From: Candidatus Multivorans sp.
GTDB taxonomy: Bacteria; Acidobacteriota; Thermoanaerobaculia; Multivoradales; Multivoraceae
Direction of reading: 5' to 3'
Assembly: GCA_965224025.1 (NCBI GenBank)
Contig: OZ245033.1
Location: 2,912,001 to 2,976,000, forward strand
Length of the DNA: 64,000 nucleotides
Shown: one piece after another, positions 28,675-38,270 of the stretch
Numbering within the stretch: position 1 is the stretch's first letter
Layout: each line of letters opens with the position of its first letter
Position numbers and translations under genes: made by a program
The notes under the pieces: model-generated
The model's database searches: none
What the model was told of the DNA's origin: nothing
Seen by the model: only the letters and a program-made list of their open reading frames with translations

Positions 28675-30594
28675 ATGGCCACCGACTTCTTTCAGCAACA
28701 GGACGCGGCAAGGCGGGGCACGACCCGGCTCGTCGTGCTCTTCGCGCTGGCCGTGCTGGCGATCGTGGTCTCGGTCGAGCTCCTGCTGGCCGCCACGACG
28801 GGGTTCCTCGGCCGCGATCCCGAGACGAACGAGGTCGACTGGACCGCCGTCGCCGACCCTCGGCTGCTGATCCTGGCCACCTTTGGCACCCTGGTCGTGG
28901 TCGGCGGGGGGAGCCTGTACAAGATCGCCCAGTTGCGCGGTGGCGGCAGGGTGATCGCCGAGGAACTGGGCGGCCGGCTGGTGGACGGCAGCACGTCGGA
29001 CCCGGTCGAGCGCAGGCTGCTGAACGTCGTCGAGGAGATGGCCATCGCCTCGGGCACCTCGACGCCGCCGGTTTACATCATGGATGGCGAAGCGGGCATC
29101 AACGCGTTCGCCGCCGGCTTCGCGCCGCAGGATGCGGTGATCGGCGTGACTCGCGGGGCGGCGACGTCACTGGACCGCGACGAACTGCAGGGCGTGATCG
29201 CCCACGAGTTCAGCCACATCCTGAACGGCGACATGCGGCTCAACATCCGCCTGATGGGCCTGCTGCACGGCATCTTCCTCATCGGGATGATCGGCTACTT
29301 CGTCCTGCGGATGTCGTTCTACAGCGGCGGCGGTCGTTCCAGAGACAACAAGGGTGCGCTGCCGATCCTCGCGTTCGGCGCCGGACTCGCGGTCGTCGGT
29401 TTCGCCGGCACCTTCTTCGGCAACCTGATCAAGGCCGCGGTCAGTCGGCAGCGCGAGTTCCTTGCCGACTCCTCGGCCGTGCAGTTCACGCGGCATCCCG
29501 GTGGCATCGCCGGCGCGTTGAAGAAGATCGGCGGCTTCGTGACCGGCTCGAAGGTGGAGAACCCGAACGCTCCGCAAGCCAGTCACATGTTCTTCGGCCG
29601 GGCGACCTCCGGCTTCAGCGCGATGTTCTCCACCCATCCACCGCTGGGTGAGCGGATCAGGCGGATCGATCCGTCCTGGGACGGCGAGTTTCCGGAGTTG
29701 CCCGAGGCTGGCGATCGTGTTCCAGTCGGCTCGCCGGGGGCTGCTGGCTTCGCGGGGGCCGAAGCCGGAGGGGCCTCCAGTCCGGACATCTCGAGCGCGG
29801 TCAACCAGGTCGGCCAGCCGACGCCGGCGCACGTCGAGTACGCGGCGAAGCTGATCGACCGCCTGCCTGAACCGGTCGTCGCGTCTGCACACGAGCCCTA
29901 CGGCGCCCGCGCCCTCGTCTATTCGCTCCTGCTCGACCGCGATCCTGGATCGCGACGGTTGCAGCTTGCCCACCTCGAAGCCGCGGCGGACGACGGTGTC
30001 TACGAAGAGACCGTGCGGTTGGCTCCGCTCGTCGAGCGGCTCGATCCGAGAATGCGTTTACCGGTGCTCGAGATCGCTCTCCCGGCGCTGCGCGCCCTGA
30101 CCTCGCGGCAGTACCAGCGATTCCAGGAGAACGTGGTCGAGCTCGTGGCAGCGGACGAGGTCATCGACCTGTTCGAGTGGTCGCTTCAGCGCATCCTGCT
30201 GCGAGACATGCAGGCCTCCTTCGGGCGATCCGGGCCCACGCGTGTGCGGCACCGTTCGGTCAAAGCGGTGCAGTCCCCGCTGGCGGTGCTGATGTCGGTG
30301 CTGGCGTACGTCGGCCATCGGGATCGGCAAGCGGCCGAAGGGGCGTTCGCGGAAGGGTGGCGCGTTCTGCCGCTTCCGGACAGGGGTTTGCTTCCGCACG
30401 AGGAATGCGGCTTCACAGCACTCGATGCGGCTCTCGTTGAACTGGACCGGGCCGCGCCACAGGTGAAGAAGCGCGCCCTGGAAGCGGCGGTCGCCTGCAT
30501 CACCGCCGACCGGGAGGTCACGGTGGAGGAGGGCGAACTCCTGCGGGCCGTTGCGGCCTGGATCAACTGCCCGATGCCGCCGATCATCGGGTAG
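28675..30594 (+). CDS. M48 (HtpX-like) zinc metallopeptidase, long form
   Basis: NVVEEMAIASG, INAFAAG, HEFSH, SRQREFLAD, THPPLGERI; typical LemA partner. Confidence 0.9.
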   Translation: MATDFFQQQDAARRGTTRLVVLFALAVLAIVVSVELLLAATTGFLGRDPETNEVDWTAVADPRLLILATFGTLVVVGGGSLYKIAQLRGGGRVIAEELGGRLVDGSTSDPVERRLLNVVEEMAIASGTSTPPVYIMDGEAGINAFAAGFAPQDAVIGVTRGAATSLDRDELQGVIAHEFSHILNGDMRLNIRLMGLLHGIFLIGMIGYFVLRMSFYSGGGRSRDNKGALPILAFGAGLAVVGFAGTFFGNLIKAAVSRQREFLADSSAVQFTRHPGGIAGALKKIGGFVTGSKVENPNAPQASHMFFGRATSGFSAMFSTHPPLGERIRRIDPSWDGEFPELPEAGDRVPVGSPGAAGFAGAEAGGASSPDISSAVNQVGQPTPAHVEYAAKLIDRLPEPVVASAHEPYGARALVYSLLLDRDPGSRRLQLAHLEAAADDGVYEETVRLAPLVERLDPRMRLPVLEIALPALRALTSRQYQRFQENVVELVAADEVIDLFEWSLQRILLRDMQASFGRSGPTRVRHRSVKAVQSPLAVLMSVLAYVGHRDRQAAEGAFAEGWRVLPLPDRGLLPHEECGFTALDAALVELDRAAPQVKKRALEAAVACITADREVTVEEGELLRAVAAWINCPMPPIIG

Positions 30595-30783
30595 GGCCTC
30601 CCGCAACGCACTACGCCCCCCCCCCGGAATCCAGCGCGGTACTCGCTGGCGCGCCCTGGAGCTGCATTCTCGGCGCGCTATGCTCCGCCTTTCTCCTGAC
30701 ATTGAAAAGGCGCGCTCGTGCGGACAAGGAGCGGCCTGTATCAAGCAAGGCGACCGAGGGGACCTCTTGGCGCGGTTCTACCC

Positions 30784-31227
30784 ATGAAACAGGCCAGCTT
30801 CGACACCCTCACGGCTCGCCAACGAAGCGAGCGCATGAGTCGGGTCCGCTCCAAGGATACGAAGCCCGAGATGCGTGTTCGCCGGCTCGTCCACGGCCTC
30901 GGCTACCGCTACCGCCTTCACGACAAGAACTTGCCGGGCTGTCCCGATCTCGTATTTAGGTCGCGACGGAGAGTCGTCTTCGTTCACGGCTGTTTCTGGC
31001 ATCGGCACGATGGGTGTTCCCGGAATCGCACGCCGAAGTCGCCCGAACGGCGTGGTTTTTGGCTTGAGAAGCTTGAAGGCAACGCTCGGCGCGACCGGAA
31101 GAACCAAGCAGCGCTTCGGGGAATGGGATGGCGCGTTCTCGTCATCTGGGAGTGCGAAACGAAGGACCTTGGCCGCCTTGCGAACCGGGTCAAGGCGTTC
31201 CTCGGTTCGTCCCGAGTCGGTCGGTGA
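30784..31227 (+). CDS. vsr: Very short patch repair endonuclease
   Basis: RSERMSRVRSKDTKPE, LPGCPDLV, FVHGCFWH, GWRVLVIWECE. Confidence 0.93.
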   Translation: MKQASFDTLTARQRSERMSRVRSKDTKPEMRVRRLVHGLGYRYRLHDKNLPGCPDLVFRSRRRVVFVHGCFWHRHDGCSRNRTPKSPERRGFWLEKLEGNARRDRKNQAALRGMGWRVLVIWECETKDLGRLANRVKAFLGSSRVGR

Positions 31228-31798
31228 AAGCGCGTAGGCGCTCTTTGGCCGCTGCCTTGCTTCGTGGCTGAAGCTGCGCGGCCCATCTTCTGCCGGGATG
31301 AAGGGTGTCCCACCAAGGGCATAGCGCTTGAATCCGTCCCTTGCCCGGGTCGTGGAGACCGAACCCTTCAACGCAGACGTTCCAACAGGGTTGGTAGTGC
31401 TCGACCAGGAACCGCTCCGCCATCGTGATCCAGAGAGGGACAACCACGAGGTGGCGGCATTTGAAGTCGTCCACGCGAAGATTGATGGCGGCGTGCAAGG
31501 AGTTCGCATGCTGCCGGATGCGATTGTAGAGGACGGGGGCGGCCTCATCCGGCGTCTGGCCTCCCTTTCTCGCGCCTGGAGGCACGGCCTTGCCGACGTA
31601 GATTGGACGGACCGCATCCGAGGAGCGCAAGGCCGCGTACGGCTCGTAGTCGCCGTCATAGAACAGCGCGTAGACGCCGGGGCCGTTGAATCGCTCCGCA
31701 AGCGGCAGGTTCACGGGCCTTCGATCCATGAGCTCCCGAACCAGGTTGACGGTCAAGTTCCCGTAGTCGAGCGGATCGTACGGCTTGGGTTCAGGCAT
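31190..31798 (-). CDS. Eco29kI-family GIY-YIG restriction endonuclease
   Basis: GPGVYALFY, PIYVGKA, LYNRIRQH, AERFL, PCWN...GFGLHDPGKGR, WDTLHPGR. Confidence 0.88.
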   Translation of the reverse strand: MPEPKPYDPLDYGNLTVNLVRELMDRRPVNLPLAERFNGPGVYALFYDGDYEPYAALRSSDAVRPIYVGKAVPPGARKGGQTPDEAAPVLYNRIRQHANSLHAAINLRVDDFKCRHLVVVPLWITMAERFLVEHYQPCWNVCVEGFGLHDPGKGRIQALCPWWDTLHPGRRWAAQLQPRSKAAAKERLRAFTDRLGTNRGTP

Positions 31799-32945
31799 GC
31801 CGGGGGACCAAGCTGGCGGCGATGCTCTTCGCCAACGTGGCGGCGAGTTCCCTGGGCACGGCGTTGCCGAGTTGTCTCATCGTCTCCGTCCAGCTTCCCG
31901 TGAAACGCCAAGCGTCTGGGAACGTTTGGACCCTCGCCGCTTCCCGCACGGTCAGGTAGCGCACCGTTCCATCCGAGAACGCGATCATGTTCTCTCCGCC
32001 TGGAACTCCGTGGACCCCAGCTTTGAGCGTCTTCGCGGGCAGGTCGAGCGGGCTTCCCGTGTGTCCCGGATAGGCGCGGGCGCCCGGCTGAAGCCGGTGG
32101 AACAATGCGTCTGGTTGTTCGCCGGACGGCCTGGGCCTCGGCAGGTCCGATATCGAGTCGCGAAGCGTGGTCCATGGCTTCCGCGGCGGCGGGAACAGCC
32201 GGCTGACCGTTCCCGCCAGTCTCGCGGGAGGGTCGGGTTGGTCAAGACCGCGCGCCTCCCAGTACTCGCCCGACACCCATTGGTCGTACTGGAGCCTCTC
32301 GCGAGAGTGAGTCGCCTCGGGGAAGTGCCACTCCGTGTCGAGGTCGTGCCGAAAGCCGACTACGAACACCCGTTCGCGAGTTTGCGGAACGCCGTAGTCC
32401 GCCGCGTTGATCAGGCGACGGACGATCCGGTAGTGAAGCCCCTCCCGACTTCCCCGAGTATGAACGTCCTCCAGTCGGGCAAGATGATCCTCCCAGGTGT
32501 CACCCGATCGCCGGGGAACGTCGGGATGCCGCAGCCGCAACTCCACGTAAGAGAGGTAGTTCTTGAAGGTCTTGCGCGTCAGCCCCTTGACGTTCTCGAA
32601 CAGGAACGCGGCGGGCCGCACTTCACGAATGGCGCGGATGAACTCGGGGATCATGTCTCGCCCGTCGTCCATCCCTCGGTGTTTTCCGCCAATGCTGAAC
32701 GGCTGGCATGGAGGCCCGCCCGCCACCAGTTGAGCGGAGCCGAATGATGCGTAGTCGCGTGTACGCACGTCCCCTTCGACAATGGTCCAGTCAGAGACTC
32801 CCGGAACGGTGTCGTGGCGGACGTTCTCCCGAAGTGTCCTGCAGGCATCGCGGTTCCAGTCCAGGAGGGCGACGTGCTTGAAGCCGGCGGCGTGCGTTCC
32901 GAGTGCGAGTCCGCCCGCTCCCGTGAACAACTCCAATGACTGCAC
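31791..32945 (-). CDS. DNA (cytosine-5) methyltransferase
   Basis: LFTGAGG, GGPPCQPFS, FENVKG, YGVPQTRERVF, VREAARVQTFP, LGNAVP. Confidence 0.95.
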   Translation of the reverse strand: MQSLELFTGAGGLALGTHAAGFKHVALLDWNRDACRTLRENVRHDTVPGVSDWTIVEGDVRTRDYASFGSAQLVAGGPPCQPFSIGGKHRGMDDGRDMIPEFIRAIREVRPAAFLFENVKGLTRKTFKNYLSYVELRLRHPDVPRRSGDTWEDHLARLEDVHTRGSREGLHYRIVRRLINAADYGVPQTRERVFVVGFRHDLDTEWHFPEATHSRERLQYDQWVSGEYWEARGLDQPDPPARLAGTVSRLFPPPRKPWTTLRDSISDLPRPRPSGEQPDALFHRLQPGARAYPGHTGSPLDLPAKTLKAGVHGVPGGENMIAFSDGTVRYLTVREAARVQTFPDAWRFTGSWTETMRQLGNAVPRELAATLAKSIAASLVPRHA

Positions 32946-33006
32946 CTCGCGTCTCCTTCCCCGTTCCGTGGAATCTTACCCGGCCTTGGCCCGATGCCGC
33001 CCGTCC

Positions 33007-34272
33007 TCACGCCTCCCGCACCCACCGGATCAACTCCCGCAGGTTGGGGCGGTTGCCCTGACTGAGGATGCCGACCTTGTAGATCCTGCCCGCCACCCAG
33101 GCGGCGCCCCAGACGGTCACCGCCATCAGCACGATCGAGAGGGCGACCATCCAGGCGGGTACTTCGCCCATGACGGCTCGCGGGTACATCATGATTGGGC
33201 TGAAGAAGGGGAACAGGGCGACCCAGTTCATCCAGGGCATGTTGTTTCCCTGAAACGTCATCATCTGCATCATGAACGGGACGATGATCACGATGATGAG
33301 CGGCGTCTGCGCCTGACCGGCCTCCTGCAGGTTCTTGCACATGGCGCCGACCGCGGCGAACAGGCTCGAGTAGAGGAAGTAACCGAGCAGGAAGAAGATA
33401 ACGAGCAGGGCGATGGCGCCAGGGTCCGGCAGGTACTGCCGGACCTGCCCCAGCTCTTCGAGATCCGGCGCCGCGGCGATCAGGCCGGGAAGCGCCAGGC
33501 CGGCCAGCAGGGCCACGCAGCCGATCCAGATGGCTACTTGGGTGAGGCCGACGGCGCCGACCCCCACGATCTTGCCCAGCATGAGCTGCCACGGCCGCAG
33601 CGACGAGATCACCAGCTCGACGACCCGGCTCTGCTTCTCCTCGAGCACGGATTGCAGCGTCTGTGCGCCGTAGGCGAGCATCATGATGTAGAGGATGAGG
33701 CCGCCGGCGATGCCGGTGATCATCCCGGAGATGCGTTCGGCTTCGGCTTCCTCCGCTTCGGCCTCGTCGAGGCCCACGGGCTCGTACTCCAGCGAGCCGC
33801 CCTCGAACAGCCTTCGGACCGCTTCGCCGTCCTCGATCTGACTTAGACGCAGGTCGACGATTTCCTCGACGATCGCCGAACGCATCAACTGGGAACGCAC
33901 GCTTCCCGGCGGTTCCTTCGCCCGGTAGTGGAAGACGGCTTCGCTGGCCGTCGTGTCGTCGAGAAGGATGTAGGCCTCGAGTTCGTCGTCGAGCACCTTC
34001 TGGTCCAGCTCCTCGGTGCCGGTCCCGGGCGCCGCGAGTTCCACGTCGTATCCCGCCTGATCGAGGGCTTGCTGGACGCGTTCGCCGAGTTGTCCGCTCT
34101 GGTCGACGAGGGCGATCTGCCGCTCCGACTGCTCGGAGAGGAACGCCACGAAGCCAACCACCGCCATGATGCCGATCATGAGCAGCGGCATGCCCAGTGT
34201 CGAGAGGATGAACGCCCTGGTCTTCACCCGCTCCACGTACTCCCGCCGGATCACCGACCAGACCTGCTTCAC
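33007..34272 (-). CDS. ABC-2 exporter permease (NatB/YhaP-like)
   Basis: IRREYVERVKTRAF, EEKQSRVVE, GKIVGVG, multiple TM helices. Confidence 0.88.
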   Translation of the reverse strand: MKQVWSVIRREYVERVKTRAFILSTLGMPLLMIGIMAVVGFVAFLSEQSERQIALVDQSGQLGERVQQALDQAGYDVELAAPGTGTEELDQKVLDDELEAYILLDDTTASEAVFHYRAKEPPGSVRSQLMRSAIVEEIVDLRLSQIEDGEAVRRLFEGGSLEYEPVGLDEAEAEEAEAERISGMITGIAGGLILYIMMLAYGAQTLQSVLEEKQSRVVELVISSLRPWQLMLGKIVGVGAVGLTQVAIWIGCVALLAGLALPGLIAAAPDLEELGQVRQYLPDPGAIALLVIFFLLGYFLYSSLFAAVGAMCKNLQEAGQAQTPLIIVIIVPFMMQMMTFQGNNMPWMNWVALFPFFSPIMMYPRAVMGEVPAWMVALSIVLMAVTVWGAAWVAGRIYKVGILSQGNRPNLRELIRWVREA

Positions 34273-35216
34273 GACGCACCTCCCGCCGGCTGGGCCGTGT
34301 CGTCGTCGCCGGGGTCTCCGGCATGGCGCACGAAGATCTCGTGCAGCCGCGGCTCGAGCAGTTCGAACCGGCGCAGGCTGACACCTTCCGCGAGCACCGC
34401 CCCCAGAATCTCCTCCGGGCGCACACCGTCGTGCAGGGACAGGTGGAACGCGTCACCGACCTGCTCGACTTCCAGGACTTCCGGCCACGCGATCCGGGGC
34501 GCCTCGCCGTCGAACTCGACGGCCACGACACCCGTTCGCTCGCGGCGCTTCAACTCCTTGAGGTCGTCGTCGAGCACCTTGCGGGCCCGCGAGATGAGGC
34601 AGACGCGTTCGCAGAGCCGCTCCGCCTGCTCCATGAGATGAGTGGAGAAGAGGATCGTCTTGCCGCGCTCCTTCTCCTCGAGGACGATCTCTTCCAGCAC
34701 GTCCTGGTTGATCGGGTCGAGGCCGCTGAAGGGCTCATCGAGAATCAGCAGCTCCGGGTCGTGGAGCACCGTCGAAATGAACTGGACCTTCTGCTGCATC
34801 CCCTTCGACAGCGTCTGGACCTTCTTGGAGGCCCATTCGGTCAGGCCCAGGCGCTCCAGCCACTCCTCGGCCCGGGTGCGTGCCAGGGATCGTGCGACGC
34901 CGCGGATCTCACCGAAGAAGACGAGCTGATCCAGGACCTTCATCTTCTCGTAGACGCCGCGCTCCTCGGGCAGGTAGCCGACCCGGCTGCGTCTCTTGAA
35001 GTCGGGGGCGCCGCCAAAGAGCTCCACCCGGCCGCTGTCGGGCAGAAGGATGCCCATCATCATGCGGATCGTGGTCGTCTTGCCGGAGCCGTTGGGGCCC
35101 AGCAGGCCGTAGATCGTGCCGGGCTCGATCACGAGGTCCAGGTCGTCGACGGCCGTGTGGGCGCCGAACGTCTTGCGCACGCCGGTCAGGCGCACTGCCG
35201 TTCCGTTTTGAGTCAT
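34269..35216 (-). CDS. ABC exporter ATP-binding subunit
   Basis: GPNGSGKT, LSKGMQQK, ILDEPFSGLD, STH; ATG at 35216. Confidence 0.92.
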   Translation of the reverse strand: MTQNGTAVRLTGVRKTFGAHTAVDDLDLVIEPGTIYGLLGPNGSGKTTTIRMMMGILLPDSGRVELFGGAPDFKRRSRVGYLPEERGVYEKMKVLDQLVFFGEIRGVARSLARTRAEEWLERLGLTEWASKKVQTLSKGMQQKVQFISTVLHDPELLILDEPFSGLDPINQDVLEEIVLEEKERGKTILFSTHLMEQAERLCERVCLISRARKVLDDDLKELKRRERTGVVAVEFDGEAPRIAWPEVLEVEQVGDAFHLSLHDGVRPEEILGAVLAEGVSLRRFELLEPRLHEIFVRHAGDPGDDDTAQPAGGAS

Positions 35217-35314
35217 GAGGTCCTGCTTCCGTCCGTGGGGCGCAGAGAGGATAGCGCCCGATAGGCTGCCACGACACTCCCATAGCCTGCACAGGACAGA
35301 ACGGAGGACGCGAG

Positions 35315-36334
35315 ATGAAGAGATCACGGCGAGATCTGGTCGCGACGGCGAGCCTGGGCGTCATCGCCCTGGCCTTCGCGACGATGGCGGCGCCAGCCCT
35401 TGGCGAGGAGATCCGGCCCGGCGTCTACCGCACGCCCGACGCCCGGTTCGAGAACCTGCCCGACTTCGACTTCGAGCCCCACTACCTGGAGGTCGACGGC
35501 TACCGAGTCGCCTACCTCGACGAGGGGCCGGCCGACGGCGAACCGATTCTGCTGATCCACGGAGAGCCGACCTGGTCGTTCCTGTACCGGAAGATGATCC
35601 CGGTCCTGGTCGAAGCGGGCCATCGCTGCATCGTGCCCGACCTGATCGGCTTCGGGCGCTCCGACAAACCGGCGAGCATGGACACCCACACCTACAAGTT
35701 CCATGTCGACGCGATGACCGAACTGGTCGAGGCCCTCGACCTCCGGCAGGCGACCTTCTTCGGCCAGGACTGGGGAGGACTGATCGGCCTGCGGGTGGTG
35801 GCGGAGAACGAGGAGCGCTTCGCGCGAGTCGTCGTGTCGAACACCGGCCTGCCGGTCGGCGGGGCGGCCGGCCCGGAGGACTTCCCGAAAAACAGCGCCT
35901 TCATTCAATGGAAGCGCAGGAACCAGGCGATGATCGATCGCGGCGACATTCCCACCGGCCGCATGCTGGCGACCAACACCGGCGACCCGTCGATCGAGGC
36001 CGCCTACGATGCGCCGTTCCCCGAGCCGGCCTACAAGGCAGGCCCGCTGATCATGCCTCAGCGGGTGCCGGTCTTCGCCGACGATCCGGCGAACGAGGCG
36101 AATCGCAAGGCCTGGGAGGTGTTCGAACGCTGGGAGAAGCCCTTCCTGACCGCCTACGGCGACAGCGACCGGGTAACGCGCGGCGGCGAGAGACCGTTCC
36201 AGAGACGGGTTCCCGGCGCGCAGGGACAGCCCCACGTGACGGTCGAGGCCGCGGGCCACTTCATCCAGGAGACCCACGGCGAGGAACTCGCCCGCATCAT
36301 CAACGAGTTCATCGCCGCGAATCCTGTGGAATAG
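35315..36334 (+). CDS. Haloalkane dehalogenase with N-terminal export signal
   Basis: RTPDARFENLPD, HGEPTWSFLYRKM, PDLIGFGRSDKP, GQDWGG, AYDAPFP, AGHFIQE. Confidence 0.88.
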   Translation: MKRSRRDLVATASLGVIALAFATMAAPALGEEIRPGVYRTPDARFENLPDFDFEPHYLEVDGYRVAYLDEGPADGEPILLIHGEPTWSFLYRKMIPVLVEAGHRCIVPDLIGFGRSDKPASMDTHTYKFHVDAMTELVEALDLRQATFFGQDWGGLIGLRVVAENEERFARVVVSNTGLPVGGAAGPEDFPKNSAFIQWKRRNQAMIDRGDIPTGRMLATNTGDPSIEAAYDAPFPEPAYKAGPLIMPQRVPVFADDPANEANRKAWEVFERWEKPFLTAYGDSDRVTRGGERPFQRRVPGAQGQPHVTVEAAGHFIQETHGEELARIINEFIAANPVE

Positions 36335-36895
36335 ATGACTCCGGACCGCCGTCGTCAGATCAACGTTGCCCTGCTCCGGGGCATCAACGTCGGCGGCAAG
36401 AACAAGCTGCTGATGAGGGACCTGTCCACGATGTTCTCGGAGGCGGGGTGTGACGGCGTGCGGACGTACATCCAGAGCGGCAACGTGGTCTTTCGGGCGG
36501 GTCCGGCGTTGGCCCGCCGCGTGCCCGACCTCATCCGTGAAGCGATCGCCGCCCGGTTCGGCTACCGAGTTCCTGTGGTGACTCGAAGCGCCCGTGAGCT
36601 TGCCGCGATCCTTCGAGTGAACCCCTTTCTGGGACGCGGAGCGGATGCCGGCCAACTGCTTGTCGGATTCCTGGCGGACCTTCCGCAAGCTGCGGACGTC
36701 GACGGACTCGACCCCGACCGCTCGCCTCCCGACGAGTTCGCCGTGGTCGGTCGAGAAGTGTACTCGTACTGTCCGCAGGGGCTTGCGAGCACGAAACTCA
36801 CCACCCGGTACTTCGAGTCGAAGCTCTCTACGACCATGACCGCGCGGAACTGGAAGACGGTGATGAGGCTCCACGAGCTGGCCGGCGGTCTTTGA
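36335..36895 (+). CDS. DUF1697 domain protein
   Basis: ALLRGINVGG, TYIQSGNVVF, TARNWKT. Confidence 0.9.
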   Translation: MTPDRRRQINVALLRGINVGGKNKLLMRDLSTMFSEAGCDGVRTYIQSGNVVFRAGPALARRVPDLIREAIAARFGYRVPVVTRSARELAAILRVNPFLGRGADAGQLLVGFLADLPQAADVDGLDPDRSPPDEFAVVGREVYSYCPQGLASTKLTTRYFESKLSTTMTARNWKTVMRLHELAGGL

Positions 36896-37043
36896 AGCAC
36901 CGCGGACGGGACGCGGTATGCTCGCGCCCTTCTTTTTCGGTTACCTCAGCCACTACGCGGCACGATCGTGCCAGACGGCGTCGGCGTCGCCCGAGATCGG
37001 GGGCGCCGCCGGCGGAAACGGGGGCGACCTACCGGTTGGGGCC

Positions 37044-37076
37044 TTGACGAAAGCAGCTACTAGTAGCTACTTTCGT
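37044..37076 (+). promoter_or_regulatory. Toxin-antitoxin promoter with a 30-bp palindromic operator
   Basis: acgaaagcagctactagtagctactttcgt (37047-37076, one mismatched pair) spans TTGACG-18-TACTTT. ATG lies 7 nt after the -10, suggesting a leaderless mRNA. Confidence 0.7.
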
Positions 37077-37080
37077 GGCC

Positions 37081-37380
37081 ATGAGATCCGTAGGCCTAAA
37101 GACGCTCAACAGCAAGCTCAGCGAGTACGTCCGCATCGCTGCCGCCGGCGAGACCGTGCTGGTCACGAACCGCGACCGGGTTGTTGCCGAACTCGGCCCG
37201 CCGCGTCCTGACCGGAGCCCGAGGCTGGCCGACGCGGAGTTCGCCGAGATGGTGCGGGAGGGCATCCTGACTCCACGCGCGATCGAGCCGGGGTCGCGGC
37301 CGCTGCCGAAGCCGAAGCCGATCATGAGCTTCGAGGAGCTGATGGAACTTCTCGACGACGTGAGAAGCGATCGGTTGTGA
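37081..37380 (+). CDS. Phd/YefM-family antitoxin
   Basis: VGLKTLNSKLSEYVRIAAAGETVLVTNRDRVVAEL. Confidence 0.85.
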   Translation: MRSVGLKTLNSKLSEYVRIAAAGETVLVTNRDRVVAELGPPRPDRSPRLADAEFAEMVREGILTPRAIEPGSRPLPKPKPIMSFEELMELLDDVRSDRL

Positions 37381-37790
37381 TCTATGTCGACAGCTCGGTG
37401 GTGCTCGCGCACCTCCTTGCCGAGGTTCGGCGGCCACCGGATCGGGTCTGGGATGCCTCGCTCGTCTCGAGCCGCCTGCTGGAGTACGAGGTCTGGAACG
37501 TCCTGCACAGGCGCTTCTGCGCGGAATCCCATGGCGAGCGGGCCAGGGACCTCCTGGAGCGCATCGATCTGCTGAGGCTTTCGCCGCCGATGCTCGAACG
37601 GGCCCTGGAGCCGTTCGACGCTCCGCTTCGCACGCTCGACGCGCTCCATCTCGCGTCGCTCGACTACCTGAGGAAGGAGCGAGGATGGCGAATCGAACTC
37701 GCAACCTACGACCGGCGGATGGCGGATGCCGCGGAAGCCATGGGCGTCGTCCTCTTCGACCTTCAGGTGGAGCCAGCCAACGGCGCCTAG
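37377..37790 (+). CDS. vapC: PIN-domain (VapC) toxin
   Basis: IYVDSSV, LLEYE, LRTLDALHLAS, ATYDRRM; GTGA overlap with the antitoxin. Confidence 0.87.
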   Translation: MIYVDSSVVLAHLLAEVRRPPDRVWDASLVSSRLLEYEVWNVLHRRFCAESHGERARDLLERIDLLRLSPPMLERALEPFDAPLRTLDALHLASLDYLRKERGWRIELATYDRRMADAAEAMGVVLFDLQVEPANGA

Positions 37791-37866
37791 GGCCAAGGCG
37801 CCAAGCGGTCGGCCCTGGCTGGAAGTTGCCGTGTCCCGCTTGCGCGCTACGCGCCGGTCGGACAGT

Positions 37867-38136
37867 TCAGGGGATCAGCCGCTGAAGGGCGACCACTGTT
37901 CCGACGATCACGCCGCCCTGAATCCAGAGGGCGCGGTACAGGTCGGCGCGCAAGGCGGCCATGTCGGCGCGAAGGTCGGCACGAGTCGCCAGCAGGTCGG
38001 CGCGAGTCGCCAGATCGCCGACCGCTTCGGCCATCGCTTCGTCGATCGCGCGGGCATGGGCAGCCGCCTGGCGTTCGGGGACACCGGCCTCGGTCAGGGT
38101 CTCGGCAGTGCGGAGCGTGTCGGTCGCCGCGCTCAT
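37867..38136 (-). CDS. Small coiled-coil protein with C-terminal TM helix (DUF1640/CCDC90-like)
   Basis: DTLRTAETLTEAGVPERQAAA, repeated LATRADL heptads, hydrophobic tail. Confidence 0.65.
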   Translation of the reverse strand: MSAATDTLRTAETLTEAGVPERQAAAHARAIDEAMAEAVGDLATRADLLATRADLRADMAALRADLYRALWIQGGVIVGTVVALQRLIP

Positions 38137-38270
38137 CGCGGGACCTCGCTCTCCGAAGTCGTCGGTCGGGAGTGGTTGACGGGCATTTCTCCTCCGTCGG
38201 GGGGCGCGCGGCTACGCTAACGCGGCCCTCGGTCTCGCGCAAGCCTGACGGGCCCGGTCCCGAGGACTGA

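Noticed and set aside
30616-30625. C10 tract as a phase-variation switch for the R-M system
   Set aside because: It is intergenic, ~160 bp upstream of vsr, and not in a recognisable promoter spacer.
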